This document shows, piece by piece, positions 32,969-44,428 of a stretch of DNA of 64,000 nucleotides. Source of the DNA: an uncultured delta proteobacterium (GTDB taxonomy: Bacteria; Myxococcota; Myxococcia; Myxococcales; Anaeromyxobacteraceae). The stretch covers positions 320,001 through 384,000 of the forward strand of contig CAWFDF010000004.1 of assembly GCA_963814585.1 (NCBI GenBank), read 5' to 3'. The notes beneath the pieces were generated by a model, which had not been told where the DNA came from, did no database searches, and was given only the letters and a program-made list of their open reading frames with translations. The translations under genes and the position numbers were made by a program. The first letter of the stretch is position 1. Each line of letters opens with the position of its first letter.

Positions 32969-32997
32969 TTTTTAGCACACCACTTTCGGGGCTGCAA
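32969..32997 (-). promoter_or_regulatory. Sigma-70 promoter of the symporter operon
   Basis: TTGCAG-N17-TAAAAA with an extended TG in an AT-rich intergenic patch. Confidence 0.5.
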
Positions 32998-33116
32998 TAC
33001 CTGCGGTGGTTGCGAACCGGGTGCGCGCATCTATTGCGCTGCGTCATGTGGGCCCATGGAGGACTGCAGGCCACAGGCACATTGTCCTGAAGATGCCATG
33101 GCTTGCATGGCTGGGC

Positions 33117-33713
33117 TCAGCGGAGATCGCGGACCGTGCGTGCGCCCATGATCAGCCGGAGCATGAGGAAGAGCTCGGCCGTGGCGATGGCGTCGGTGAG
33201 GGCGTCGTGGGCCTGGTACTCGGGGAGCCCGTGGTGGCGCCTGGCCTTGCTGAGGTTGAGCGGGAGCTGATCGTTGGCGATCTCCGGGTTGCCCTGGCGC
33301 CCCACTCGCTTGATCAGGTCCACGGTGTCAACCACCGGGGGCGCCGGCCAGCGCAGTCCGCAGCGCCTGAACTCGCGGCGCAGGAAGGCCACGTCGATGG
33401 CTTTCTGGTGGACCAGCAGCACCCCCTCGCCGAGCCGCCACTCGATCTCGGGGAGGACCTCCTCCACCGGCGGGGCCTCTGCCACATCTCCCCACAGGAG
33501 CTGGTGGGCGACCACCGAATCCGGATCGATGGAGCCCCCGTCGTGGGGACGGACCAGCGTCCGGTAGGCCTCGCCGAGGCGGATCACGCCGGCTCGGATC
33601 GGCACCATCCCCACGGCCAGCATCGGGTCGCGCTTCGGGTCGAGGCCGCCGGTCTCGAGGTCGAGCGCCCAGTAGGTCACCTCGTCCCAGGGCGGCGATC
33701 TGAAGGAGAACAC
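33117..33713 (-). CDS. DEDDh 3'-5' exonuclease (DnaQ-like)
   Basis: ALDLETGGLD, H..ID, VDT, AHDALTDA. Confidence 0.9.
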   Translation of the reverse strand: MFSFRSPPWDEVTYWALDLETGGLDPKRDPMLAVGMVPIRAGVIRLGEAYRTLVRPHDGGSIDPDSVVAHQLLWGDVAEAPPVEEVLPEIEWRLGEGVLLVHQKAIDVAFLRREFRRCGLRWPAPPVVDTVDLIKRVGRQGNPEIANDQLPLNLSKARRHHGLPEYQAHDALTDAIATAELFLMLRLIMGARTVRDLR

Positions 33714-33777
33714 CGGGCCATGCTAGCCGGTCCCGGGTCCCGGTGCGCCGATCGCGCCCGGGTCCGCTGCCGACCGG

Positions 33778-34143
33778 TCAGGGAAACTTGTACTGTCCGA
33801 ACTCGCCGGCAAGCAGGGCGATGCTGGCGATCATCCCGGAAAGGCTGGCGATGCTCACCCAGGTCACCAGGAAGTAGGGCACGGCCAGGACCCAGCGCAG
33901 CCAGGGCGGAGTGGCGTGGCCGAAGGCCGCCTTGCCGAGGGCGTACTCGACGGCGTTCCAGCCCACCAGCGCGGCGCAGATGCTCCATGCCAGCACGTCG
34001 AGGGGCGCGAGACCCTCCAGATGGGGGTACTTGCGGATCAAGCTCCAGCCGAGGAGGGGCATGGACAGCAGGAAGGCGATGCCTACCCGGAGGATGGCCC
34101 GGTTCTCCCCGGGAATCGGCAGCCCCTCGTTGGTTGATTCCAT
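33778..34143 (-). CDS. Hypothetical membrane protein (3 TM)
   Basis: MESTNEG...; three hydrophobic segments; follows the transporter by 8 nt. Confidence 0.6.
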   Translation of the reverse strand: MESTNEGLPIPGENRAILRVGIAFLLSMPLLGWSLIRKYPHLEGLAPLDVLAWSICAALVGWNAVEYALGKAAFGHATPPWLRWVLAVPYFLVTWVSIASLSGMIASIALLAGEFGQYKFP

Positions 34144-34151
34144 GAGGCTTC

Positions 34152-35531
34152 CTACCGCACCGGCGCGGAGATGGCGGTAGGCGCGGGAGCGGGCCGGCTG
34201 CTGCCCTTGGGCGTCGGGTGCCAGCCGAGGGTGAGGACCAGGACGGCGAAGCCGGCCACGTAGGCGACCGGGACGTACCAGCCCTCCTTGACCCAGCGCG
34301 CCACGGAGCGGGCCTCCGGGTAGAGGTTGGCGAGGGCGACGCCGGCCGAGGAGCCGAACCAGATCATCGACCCGCCGAAGCCGACCGCGTAGGCCAGGAA
34401 GCCCCAGTCGTAGCCCCCCTGCTGCAGCGCCAGCTTGGTGAGCGGGATGTTGTCGAAGACCGAGGAGAGGAAGCCGAGCCCGAGCGTGGTCGGCCAGGAG
34501 GCCAGCGGGAGCTTCTCCACCGGCATCATCGAGGCGGCCAGGACCAGGGAGAGCAGGAAGAAGCTGCCAGGCGCCGCCTCGCGCAGCAGCCCCCAGTCGG
34601 GCTGGCGCAGCGCGGCGGTCAGGAGCAGCGCCACCCAGACCGCTGTGCCGATCCAGGGGAAGAGGTCGGAGTACTCGGCGAATCGCAGGTTGACGGCCAC
34701 GTTGATGGAGATGGCGGCGGTGAGCACGGTGACCACGATCCCAACCCGGACCCAGTCGACCTGGGGCGCGCCCTCCGGGTCCTTGATGATGGGGGAGTAG
34801 CGCTGCTGGCGGATCGAGGCGGGGATGCCGAAGATCACCAGCGCCACGCTCGCGGCGACGTAGGCCTCGATCACGTCGAGCGGGCTCACCTTGTCGATCC
34901 ACATCATGGTGGTGGTGGTGTCGCCCACCACGCTGCCGGCCCCGCCGGCGTTGGAGGCGGCCACGATGGCGGCCAGGTAGCCGACGCTGACCTTGCCGCG
35001 GAAGAGGGTGTGGGCCATGGCCCCGCCGATCATGGCGGCGGCGATGTTGTCGAGGAACCCCGAGAGGACGAAGACGATGACCAGCATCGCGAAGGCGCCC
35101 CTCCAGTCGTCCGGGAGGTAGCGCGGCAGCAGCGCCGGCACGTGGCTCTTCTCGAAGTGGCGGGAGAGGAAGGCGAAGCCGGTGAGGAGCAGGAAGAGGT
35201 TCACGAGGATGACCCACTCGTGCGAGACGTGCGCGACGAAGCCGGCCACGCCCGGGCCGGTGGCGAAGGGCGAGAGGCCCACCTTGAAGAGGGTGATGAC
35301 CAGCAGCCCGGTCACCGCCACCTGCAGCGTGTACTTGTGGAAGAGGGCGACGCCGACCAGCGTCAGGCCGAAGAGGATGAAGTCGACCGGGATGCCGAGC
35401 ACCTGCGGCCCCTCGGCGGCGGCGCCAGCGGACGCCACGGCGAAGGCCGGGGCCAGGGCGAGCGCGAGCAACCCGAGAGGGCGCGAGATCGGTCCGAAGG
35501 GCTGGCTCCGGACGGGGCGAGAGGCGGTCAT
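34152..35531 (-). CDS. ArsB/NhaD/CitMHS-superfamily ion transporter (Na+/H+ antiporter NhaD-like)
   Basis: LSGFLDNIAA, ASNAGGAGSVVGDTTT, SSVFDNIPL, GGSMIWFGSSAGVA. Confidence 0.88.
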   Translation of the reverse strand: MTASRPVRSQPFGPISRPLGLLALALAPAFAVASAGAAAEGPQVLGIPVDFILFGLTLVGVALFHKYTLQVAVTGLLVITLFKVGLSPFATGPGVAGFVAHVSHEWVILVNLFLLLTGFAFLSRHFEKSHVPALLPRYLPDDWRGAFAMLVIVFVLSGFLDNIAAAMIGGAMAHTLFRGKVSVGYLAAIVAASNAGGAGSVVGDTTTTMMWIDKVSPLDVIEAYVAASVALVIFGIPASIRQQRYSPIIKDPEGAPQVDWVRVGIVVTVLTAAISINVAVNLRFAEYSDLFPWIGTAVWVALLLTAALRQPDWGLLREAAPGSFFLLSLVLAASMMPVEKLPLASWPTTLGLGFLSSVFDNIPLTKLALQQGGYDWGFLAYAVGFGGSMIWFGSSAGVALANLYPEARSVARWVKEGWYVPVAYVAGFAVLVLTLGWHPTPKGSSRPAPAPTAISAPVR

Positions 35532-35722
35532 GGGCTCCACTCCTGCGAGGCGGGCGGGTTGAGAGGGGGGCTTTCGAGCGGCGCAGGATAGCAGGTCGGC
35601 GCGCCGTGTGGCGCCCCGAAGCGGGCCCCTACGCGGAGGCTTGACCCGCGGCTCGGGGGAGCGCGTCATGGGGGTGCCCTCTGGGCTCGCCGGTGGCGCG
35701 CCCGGGGCCGGAGCACCGGAGC

Positions 35723-37125
35723 ATGCGCAGCCGCTCTCCCAGGCCGACGAACGCCAGGCCGCCCGCCGTGGCCGGGTCCTTCTACCCCGGGAATCCCGGG
35801 AAGCTCCGCGCGGAGGTGGCGCGCCTGCTCGCCGGCGCGCCCGCCGCCACCGGTCCGCGCCCCAAGGCGCTGATCGTGCCGCACGCCGGCTACGTCTACT
35901 CGGGCCCCGTGGCCGCCACCGCCTACGCCCGCCTCCGCGTCCCCGGGCCACCGGTGGAGCGGGTGGTGCTGCTCGGGCCGGCGCACCACGAGGCGGTGGC
36001 CGGGCTGGCGCTGCCGGAGGAGGAGAGCTTCCTCACGCCGCTCGGCGAGGTCCCCATCGACGGGGCGGCGGTGGCCCGGGCGCTGGCGCTGCCGCAGGTG
36101 ACCCGCAGCGCCGCCGCGCACGGCCGCGAGCACTCGCTCGAGGTGCAGCTCCCCTTCCTGCAGGCGGTGCTCGGCCGCTTCGCGCTGGTCCCCTTCGCGG
36201 TGGGGGGCGCCTCGGCGGCGGAGGTGGCGGGCGTGCTGGACGTCCTGTGGGGCGGCCCCGAGACGCTGGTGGTGATCTCCACCGACCTCTCGCACTACCT
36301 GCCCTACGACGAGGCGCGCGCCGTGGACCACCGGACCGCCGCCCAGATCCTGGCCCTCGACGCCGAGGGGCTGGGGCGCGGGCAGGCCTGCGGCCGCATC
36401 CCGCTCCAGGGGCTGCTCCTCGAGGCCCGGCGCCGCCGGCTCACCGTGGACCAGCTCGACCTGCGCAGCTCCGGCGACACCGCCGGCGGGCGGGACGAGG
36501 TGGTGGGCTACGGGGCCTTCGCGCTCTTCGAGCCGGCCAGGCTCCAGGTGGTGCCGCCGCCGGCGGGGAGCGCCGAGGATCACGGCCACCGCGCCGCCGT
36601 CGCCACCGGCCTGGCCCGCGCCACCCTGGCCAGCCTCTTCGGCGGTCCGCCGCCCACCCGCCCGGCGGGGGAGCCCTGGCTCGACGAGCCGCGCTCGTGC
36701 TTCGTCAGCCTGCACCAGGGCGGCGCGCTGCGGGGCTGCTGCGGGGCGCTCGAGCCGCGCGACTCGCTCTTCGAGGAGATCGTCCGCTCGGCCCGGCTGG
36801 CCGCCACCGAGGACGGGCGCTTCGTCCCGGTGACGGAGGCGGAGCTGCCCGGGCTCGACCTCGAGGTCTCGGTGCTGTCGCCGCTGCAGCCGTTCGAGGC
36901 CCGCGACGAGGAGGAGGCCGCACGCCTGCTCCGGCCGGGCGTGGACGGCCTCTACCTGGTGGCGGGCCGGCACCGGGCCACCTTCATCCCGTCGGTCTGG
37001 GAGCAGGTCCCGGAGCCCCACGACTTCATCCGCCACCTGCTCGCCAAGGCCGGGCTGCCCGGCGGCTGGCCGGCCGGCACGCGCCTCTTCCGCTACACCG
37101 CCGAGCGCTACCAGGAGGCACGAGC

Positions 37126-37129
<4 letters not shown>
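35723..37129 (+). CDS. amrB: AmmeMemoRadiSam protein B (Memo) fused to protein A (AMMECR1)
   Basis: RPPAVAGSFYP, PHAGYVYSG, EHSLEVQLPFL, STDLSHY, then FVSL..LRGCCG..EDGRF..EVSVLS..ATFIPSVW. Confidence 0.92.
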
Positions 37130-38214
<1,085 letters not shown>

Positions 38215-38356
38215 GTTGGCTCGGGCCAGCTGCGGAGACGCCGAGCCCGCCGACGAGGCACCGGGAGACCGGGCCGGCGGAAGCCGGTTGACAGCCAGGG
38301 CCGGATCCGGAGAAGTGGCCGGGCGGTCGAGGCACGCCGTCGCGACCGGAAGCACC

Positions 38357-38430
38357 GGGCCCTTAGCTCAGCTGGATAGAGCGTCGGACTTCGAATCCGA
38401 AGGCCGGAGGTTCGAGCCCTCCAGGGCTCA
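38357..38430 (+). tRNA. tRNA-Arg, anticodon TCG; CCA not encoded
   Basis: GGGCCCT/AGGGCTC acceptor stem, AGCTGGATA D-loop, TCGGA-CTTCGAA-TCCGA anticodon arm, GGTTCGAGCC T-arm. TTGACA upstream at 38288. Confidence 0.96.
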
Positions 38431-38577
38431 TCCGTGGAGGGGCCGGGATCGGCCGGGGAACGCCCGGTCGGACCCGGCCCCCTCGACGGCTCCCGACGCC
38501 TCGCCCAGGCTGCCGCCGGCGGCACGTGGCGGCGGGGACGGGTGTCCCCGGCGCGGCCCTCGATTACAGTACGCCGC

Positions 38578-40446
38578 ATGCGCTGGCGCCCACTCGCCCT
38601 GGCCCTGACCCTGGCGCTGGCGCTCCTGGCCGCCTTCCTCCTGCTCCGGCGCGGCCCTCCGCCCACCTCGGAAGCCACCCCGGCGGCCGGCCCGGCTCCC
38701 GGCGGCGAGACGCCGCCCGCGCCACCCACCGCCCTGCCCGTCCGCATGGTCGCGCCGCGCGCGCCGGCCGACGACCGTCCGGCCACCTTCGAGGGGCGCG
38801 TGGTCTCCGCCGCCACCGGCCAGGGGATCCCCGGCGCCGACCTCACCTTCGCGCGGGCCGGCGCCGCCGACTCCATCCGCGCCGGTCCCGGCGGCGCCTT
38901 CACCTTCTCGCCGACCGCCACCGGGCGGTGGCTGCTGGCCGCCGTCAGCGCGCCCGGCTTCCTGCCCTTCGCGCCGGAGTGGGGCCACAGCCCGGTCCAG
39001 CTCGAGGCCCGCGCCGGCGAGCACGTCCGCGGCCTGGAGATCCACCTCGCCCCGGCCGTCGAGCTGACCGGCGAGGTGATCGACCCCGACGGCCAGCCGG
39101 TGGCTGGCGCCACGGTGCGGCTCCTCGGCGCCGCCAGCGAGGCGGCCCTGCTCCCGGTGGCCGACCGCTTCACCAGCGGTCCCGACGGCCGCTTCACCTT
39201 CGCGGCCCCGGAGGGGACGGTGCTGGAGGCGAGCAAGCCGGGCTTCCTCCCCGGGCGCGCCGAGCTCGGGCCGCTGGAGCGGGTCAACCGCAGGCTGGTG
39301 ATCGAGCTGGGGCCGCGCCACGCCGCGCCCGTCGAGTCCAGGGCGGTGTCCGGCCAGGTGGTGCTGGGCCCGGAGGGCCGGCCCGCCGAGGGGGCGCTGG
39401 TCTCGGCCACGCGGATGGGGCCGCGCGCCGCGAGCGACGTGCCCTCCGCCCAGGCGGTCACCGGCGCCGACGGCCTCTTCACGTTGCGTGACCTGACCCC
39501 GGGGCGCTACCGGGTGGCGGCGCGGGCCGAGGGCCGGGCCCCGGCCTCGCTCCGCGGGATCGCCGCCGGCGCCGAGGGGCTGCGGCTCGAGCTCACCGCC
39601 GGCTCCAGCCTGCGCGGCTGCGTCCGCGACGCCTCCAGCGGCGCGCCGGTGGCGCCCTTCACGGTGATGGTCTTCGAGCGGCGCGGCGCGCTGCGGCGGG
39701 TGGCCCAGCGCAGCCTCTCGGTGGTGGAGCCGGCCGGCTGCTACGCGCTCGACGGCCTCGCCCCCGGGCCGGCCGCGGTGGTCTTCTCGGCGCCGGGCCA
39801 CGCGCCCTCCGAGGAGGCCCGCGTCGAGCTGCCCCCGCCCGGCGGCGAGGCGGTGGTCGACGGGCGGCTCGAGGCGGGCGGGCGGCTCACGGGACGGGTG
39901 GTCGACGACGCCACCGGCGCTCCGCTGCCCGGCGCCGCCCTCTCGGTGGAGGGGATGCTGGCCTCGGCCGCCTCCACCTTCCCGGTCCTGGCGGAGGCGG
40001 AGTCGGATGCCGACGGGCGCTTCGCGCTGGCCGGGCTGCCGCGCCGCTTCTCGCTCCAGGCCGCCGCGGCCGGCCACCACGCCCGCATCGTGGGCGGGCT
40101 CGAGGTGGGGCCCGGCGAGGCGCGCGGGCCCGTCGAGATCCGGCTGCACGCCGTGGAGCCCGGCGAGACGCCGCGCATCGAGCTGGCCGGCGTCGGCCTC
40201 CAGCTCGTGGCGGAGGGCGAGGTGCTGGCGGTGACCGGCGTGGTCGCGGGCGGCGGCGCCGCGCTGGCGGGGCTGCGCGTCGGGGACCGGGTGCTGGCGG
40301 TGGAGGGGCGCCCGGTCTCGGAGCTGGGCATGACCGGCGCCATCGACGCCATCCGCGGGCCGGAGGGGACCACCGTGAGGCTCACGGTGCGGCGCGACGG
40401 CGCCACCCGCGACGTCGACGTGCCGCGCCGGCTGATCCGGGGTTGA
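38578..40446 (+). CDS. Membrane-anchored protein with carboxypeptidase-regulatory-like (prealbumin-fold) repeats and a C-terminal PDZ domain
   Basis: N-terminal TM; repeated G.V.D..G.P..GA...DG.F motifs; AGLRVGDRVLAVEG..IRGPEGTTVRL. Confidence 0.85.
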   Translation: MRWRPLALALTLALALLAAFLLLRRGPPPTSEATPAAGPAPGGETPPAPPTALPVRMVAPRAPADDRPATFEGRVVSAATGQGIPGADLTFARAGAADSIRAGPGGAFTFSPTATGRWLLAAVSAPGFLPFAPEWGHSPVQLEARAGEHVRGLEIHLAPAVELTGEVIDPDGQPVAGATVRLLGAASEAALLPVADRFTSGPDGRFTFAAPEGTVLEASKPGFLPGRAELGPLERVNRRLVIELGPRHAAPVESRAVSGQVVLGPEGRPAEGALVSATRMGPRAASDVPSAQAVTGADGLFTLRDLTPGRYRVAARAEGRAPASLRGIAAGAEGLRLELTAGSSLRGCVRDASSGAPVAPFTVMVFERRGALRRVAQRSLSVVEPAGCYALDGLAPGPAAVVFSAPGHAPSEEARVELPPPGGEAVVDGRLEAGGRLTGRVVDDATGAPLPGAALSVEGMLASAASTFPVLAEAESDADGRFALAGLPRRFSLQAAAAGHHARIVGGLEVGPGEARGPVEIRLHAVEPGETPRIELAGVGLQLVAEGEVLAVTGVVAGGGAALAGLRVGDRVLAVEGRPVSELGMTGAIDAIRGPEGTTVRLTVRRDGATRDVDVPRRLIRG

Positions 40447-40673
40447 ACCACCCCACGCCCCGCCCCACGCCGGCCGTACGCCCCCGTGGGGCGTGACCTG
40501 CCCGTAGCGACCGGGCGGGGATGAGCGCGGGATCGCACCTCCGGGATCCTGCCCGGGGGCGGCCCCGCGCCGCTTCGCGCCGCGGCCGGCCCTGGTCGCC
40601 TCTTGGCGGGACGCCGCCTTTCGGGGAGACTGCGGCACCCGAACCGCGGCCCCGGCCGCAGCCAGGATCCCAC

Positions 40674-41684
40674 GTGAACGTCCTCCTCACCGGCGGCTGC
40701 GGCTTCATCGGCTCCAACCTGGTCCGGCTGCTGCTGGCGGAGCGGCCGGACTGGCGGATCGTCAACCTCGACAAGCTCACCTACGCCGGCAACGCCGAGA
40801 ACCTGGCCGACCTGGCCGGGAGCCCGCGCTACCGGTTCGTCCGCGGCGACATCTGCAACGGCGAGCTGATCGCCGACCTGTTCCGCAACGAGCGGTTCGA
40901 CGCGGTCATGCACCTGGCCGCCGAGAGCCACGTCGACCGCTCCATCCTGGCCCCCTCGATCTTCATCGAGACCAACGTGCGCGGCACCCAGGTGCTGCTG
41001 GAGGCGGCCCGCGAGTTCGGCGTCCGGCGCTTCCTCCACGTCTCCACCGACGAGGTCTACGGCTCGCTCGGCCCCACCGGGTACTTCACCGAGAAGACCC
41101 CGCTCGATCCCTCGTCGCCCTACTCGGCCTCCAAGGCCGCCTCGGACCTGCTGGCGCTGGCCTACGCCACCACCTTCAAGCTGCCGGTGGTGGTGACCCG
41201 CTGCTCCAACAACTACGGGCCCTGGCAGTTCCCCGAGAAGCTCATCCCGCTCATGATCGCCAACGCCACCCGCGACCTGCCGCTGCCGGTCTACGGCGAC
41301 GGCATGAACGTGCGCGACTGGATCCACGTCGAGGACCACGCCCGCGGCCTGCTGGCGGCGCTGGAGAAGGGCCAGCCCGGGCAGGTCTACAACTTCGGCG
41401 CCAGCAGCGAGCGGCACAACATCGACATCGTCAAGCTGGTGCTGAAGCTCACCGGCAAGCCCGAGTCGCTCATCGCCTACGTCACCGACCGGCTCGGCCA
41501 CGACCGGCGCTACGCCATCGACGCCGCCAGGGCCCACGCCGAGCTGGGCTGGGCCCCGCGCCACCAGTTCGAGGCCGCGCTGGCCGAGACGGTCCGCTGG
41601 TACCAGGCCCACCGCCCCTGGTGGGAGCGGATCATCTCCGGCGAGTACCTGAAGTACTACGCGCAGCAGTACGGGAAGGGCTAG
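40674..41684 (+). CDS. rfbB: dTDP-glucose 4,6-dehydratase
   Basis: TGGCGFIGS, DKLTYAGN, AAESHVDRS, STDEVYG, YSASK, GHDRRYAID. Confidence 0.96.
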   Translation: MNVLLTGGCGFIGSNLVRLLLAERPDWRIVNLDKLTYAGNAENLADLAGSPRYRFVRGDICNGELIADLFRNERFDAVMHLAAESHVDRSILAPSIFIETNVRGTQVLLEAAREFGVRRFLHVSTDEVYGSLGPTGYFTEKTPLDPSSPYSASKAASDLLALAYATTFKLPVVVTRCSNNYGPWQFPEKLIPLMIANATRDLPLPVYGDGMNVRDWIHVEDHARGLLAALEKGQPGQVYNFGASSERHNIDIVKLVLKLTGKPESLIAYVTDRLGHDRRYAIDAARAHAELGWAPRHQFEAALAETVRWYQAHRPWWERIISGEYLKYYAQQYGKG

Positions 41685-41696
41685 GGGACGCCCCCG

Positions 41697-42596
41697 ATGC
41701 GCGTCGCCATCACCGGGGCCAACGGCCTGCTGGGCGGCGAGGCGGTGGCGCAGGCCGCCCTCGCCCACGAGGTGCTGGCCCTCGGCCGCGGCCCGTGCCG
41801 GCTGCCGCCCGGGCCCTACGCCTGGGCCTCGGCCGACCTCGCCGACGGCGGCTCGCTGGAGGCGGCGCTGCTGGCCTTCCGGCCCGAGGCGGTGCTCCAC
41901 GCCGGCGCGGCCACCGACGTCGACGGCTGCGAGCGGGACCCGGCGCTGGCCTGGCGCACCAACGTGGGCGGCACCGAGCAGGCGGCCCGGGCCTGCGCCG
42001 CGCTCGGCGCCCGGCTGGTGGCGGTCTCCACCGACTACGTCTTCGACGGCGAGGCCGGGCCGTACGGCGAGGAGGACCTGCCCAACCCGCGCGGCGCCTA
42101 CGCCCGGACCAAGCGCTGCGGCGAGGAGGCGGCGCTGCTGCTGGCGCCCGACGCCGCGGTGGCCCGGGTGGCGGTGGTCTACAGCGGCCGGCCGGGGGCC
42201 AAGCCCACCTTCGCCACCCAGGTGGTGGAGAAGCTCACGCGCGGCGAGCCGGTCAAGGCCTTCTCCGACCAGGTCGTCTCCACCACCCTGGCGGCCAGCG
42301 GCGCCGCCATGTGCCTCGAGCTGCTGCTCGACACCGGCTACCGGGGCGTCCTCCACGCCAGCGACGCCACGGTGATCGACCGGGTCGCCTTCGCGAGGCG
42401 GGTGGCGGCCCGCTTCGGCCTCACCGGCCAGATCGTCCCGGTCCGGACCGCCGAGGTGAGGCTGCCGGCGCCCCGGCCGCTGCGCGGCGGCCTCAAGGTG
42501 GAGCGGGCCGCCTCGCTGCTGCGTCACCGGCCGCTCCCGCTCGACGAGGCGCTCGACCGCTTCCACGCGGAGTGGATGAGCCGCGGCGGGCGCTGA
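41697..42596 (+). CDS. rfbD: dTDP-4-dehydrorhamnose reductase family
   Basis: TGANGLLG, TDVDGCE, STDYVFDG, YARTK, PAPRP. Confidence 0.9.
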   Translation: MRVAITGANGLLGGEAVAQAALAHEVLALGRGPCRLPPGPYAWASADLADGGSLEAALLAFRPEAVLHAGAATDVDGCERDPALAWRTNVGGTEQAARACAALGARLVAVSTDYVFDGEAGPYGEEDLPNPRGAYARTKRCGEEAALLLAPDAAVARVAVVYSGRPGAKPTFATQVVEKLTRGEPVKAFSDQVVSTTLAASGAAMCLELLLDTGYRGVLHASDATVIDRVAFARRVAARFGLTGQIVPVRTAEVRLPAPRPLRGGLKVERAASLLRHRPLPLDEALDRFHAEWMSRGGR

Positions 42597-42720
42597 GCCC
42601 GCCCGCCCCGCGCTCGCCGCGACGGGGCGCCCCCTCCGGGAGCGGCCCCCACGCCAACCTTCCGGCCCCGGCGGCCGCCAACCGTGCTTCAATCCGGGCT
42701 CCATCCGCCGGAGGCCCTCC

Positions 42721-44424
42721 GTGTTCCTCTTCAACCCGCGCCAGCTCGCCGCCCGCCCCGACGACCCCGCCACCACCGCCCTGCTGGAGAAGACCGTCCA
42801 GTTCTTCGAGAGGAAGGGGAAGGGGCGCCTCCGCGAGGACGACCTGGCCCGGACCTGGTACGCCGACTTCCTCGACTTCTCGAGGCGGGAGGGGCTCCTC
42901 GCCACCTTCCTGACCCCGAGGCCCCTGGGCGGCCCGGAGGCCCGCTGGGACACCGGCCGCAACTGCGCGCTCAACGAGGTGCTGGGCTTCTACGGCCTGC
43001 CCTACTGGTACACCTGGCAGGTCACCATCCTCGGCCTCGGGCCCATCTGGATGAGCGGCAACGAGGCCGCCCGGCGGCGCACGGCGGCGCTGCTGGCCCA
43101 GGGCGGCATCTTCGGCTTCGGCCTCTCCGAGAAGGAGCACGGCGCCGACATCTACTCGACCGACATGGAGCTGGTCCCGGCGGGCGAGGGGCGCTGGCTG
43201 GCCCGCGGCGACAAGTACTACATCGGCAACGGCAACGAGGCGGCGCTGCTCTCGGTGTTCGGCAAGGTCTCCGGCACCGGGGAGTACGTCTTCTTCCTGG
43301 TCGACCCGAAGCGGCCCGGCTACCGGCTGGTGAAGAACGTGGTGGCCAGCCAGTCCTACGTCGCCGAGTTCGAGCTGCAGGACTACCAGGTGGCCGAGGC
43401 CGACGTCCTGCTGCGCGGGCAGGCGGCCTGGGACGCGGCGCTCAACACCGTCAACGTCGGCAAGTACAACCTCGGCTGGGGGTCGATCGGCATCTGCACC
43501 CACGCCCTCTACGAGGCGGTGCGGCACGCCGCCAACCGCCGGCTCTACGGCATGGCGGTCACCGACTTCACGCACGTGCAGCGGCTCTTCACCGACGCCT
43601 GGGCCCGGCTCACGGCCATGCGGCTCTTCGGGCTGCGGGCCGCCGACTACTTCCGCTCGGCGTCGCGCCAGGACCGGCGCTACCTGCTCTTCAACCCGGT
43701 CATGAAGATGAAGGTCACCACCGAGGGCGAGAAGGTGATCGACCACCTCTGGGACGTGATCGCCGCCAAGGGCTTCGAGAAGGACACCTACTTCGAGATG
43801 GCGGCCCGCGACATCCGGGCCCTGCCGAAGCTGGAGGGGACGGTCCACGTCAACATCGCGCTGATCGTGAAGTTCATGAAGAACTACCTCTTCGCCCCGG
43901 CCGACCTCCCGGTGGTGCCGCGGCGCGACGAGCCGGGCGACGACGCCTTCCTCTGGGACCAGGGGCCGGCCAGCGGCCTCTCCGCCATCCGCTTCGCCGA
44001 CCCGGCCCCGGTCTTCGCCGCCTGGCCGCAGCCCAACGTGGCCGTGTTCCGCGAGCAGCTGGCGGCCTTCAAGACCCTGCTGGCCCGGGCCACGCCCACC
44101 GAGGCGCAGTCGAAGGACGTCGACTTCCTGCTGGCGGTGGGCGAGCTCTTCACGCTGGTGGTCTACGCGCAGCTCGTCCTCGAGGGCGCCGCGCTCCACG
44201 CCGCCGAGGGGATCGACGGGGACACCGTCGACCAGATCTTCGACGTGCTGGTCCGCGACTTCTCCCGCCACGCCGTCGACCTGCACGGCAAGGCCGCCTC
44301 GACCGAGGCGCAGATGGAGCTGGCGCTGGGGATGATCCGGAAGCCGGCGCAGGATCCGGCCCGGCAGGCGCGCATCTGGGCCCGGGTCCACGCCCTCAAG
44401 GACGCCTACGAGATGAGCCCGTAG
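42721..44424 (+). CDS. Acyl-CoA dehydrogenase
   Basis: FGLSEKEHGAD, GDKYYIGN, LPKLEGT. Confidence 0.9.
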   Translation: MFLFNPRQLAARPDDPATTALLEKTVQFFERKGKGRLREDDLARTWYADFLDFSRREGLLATFLTPRPLGGPEARWDTGRNCALNEVLGFYGLPYWYTWQVTILGLGPIWMSGNEAARRRTAALLAQGGIFGFGLSEKEHGADIYSTDMELVPAGEGRWLARGDKYYIGNGNEAALLSVFGKVSGTGEYVFFLVDPKRPGYRLVKNVVASQSYVAEFELQDYQVAEADVLLRGQAAWDAALNTVNVGKYNLGWGSIGICTHALYEAVRHAANRRLYGMAVTDFTHVQRLFTDAWARLTAMRLFGLRAADYFRSASRQDRRYLLFNPVMKMKVTTEGEKVIDHLWDVIAAKGFEKDTYFEMAARDIRALPKLEGTVHVNIALIVKFMKNYLFAPADLPVVPRRDEPGDDAFLWDQGPASGLSAIRFADPAPVFAAWPQPNVAVFREQLAAFKTLLARATPTEAQSKDVDFLLAVGELFTLVVYAQLVLEGAALHAAEGIDGDTVDQIFDVLVRDFSRHAVDLHGKAASTEAQMELALGMIRKPAQDPARQARIWARVHALKDAYEMSP

Positions 44425-44428
44425 CGGC

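Noticed and set aside
38357..38430. tRNA as an integration site for an island
   Set aside because: No integrase and no duplicated tRNA 3' end seen in the window; flanking genes have host-like composition.
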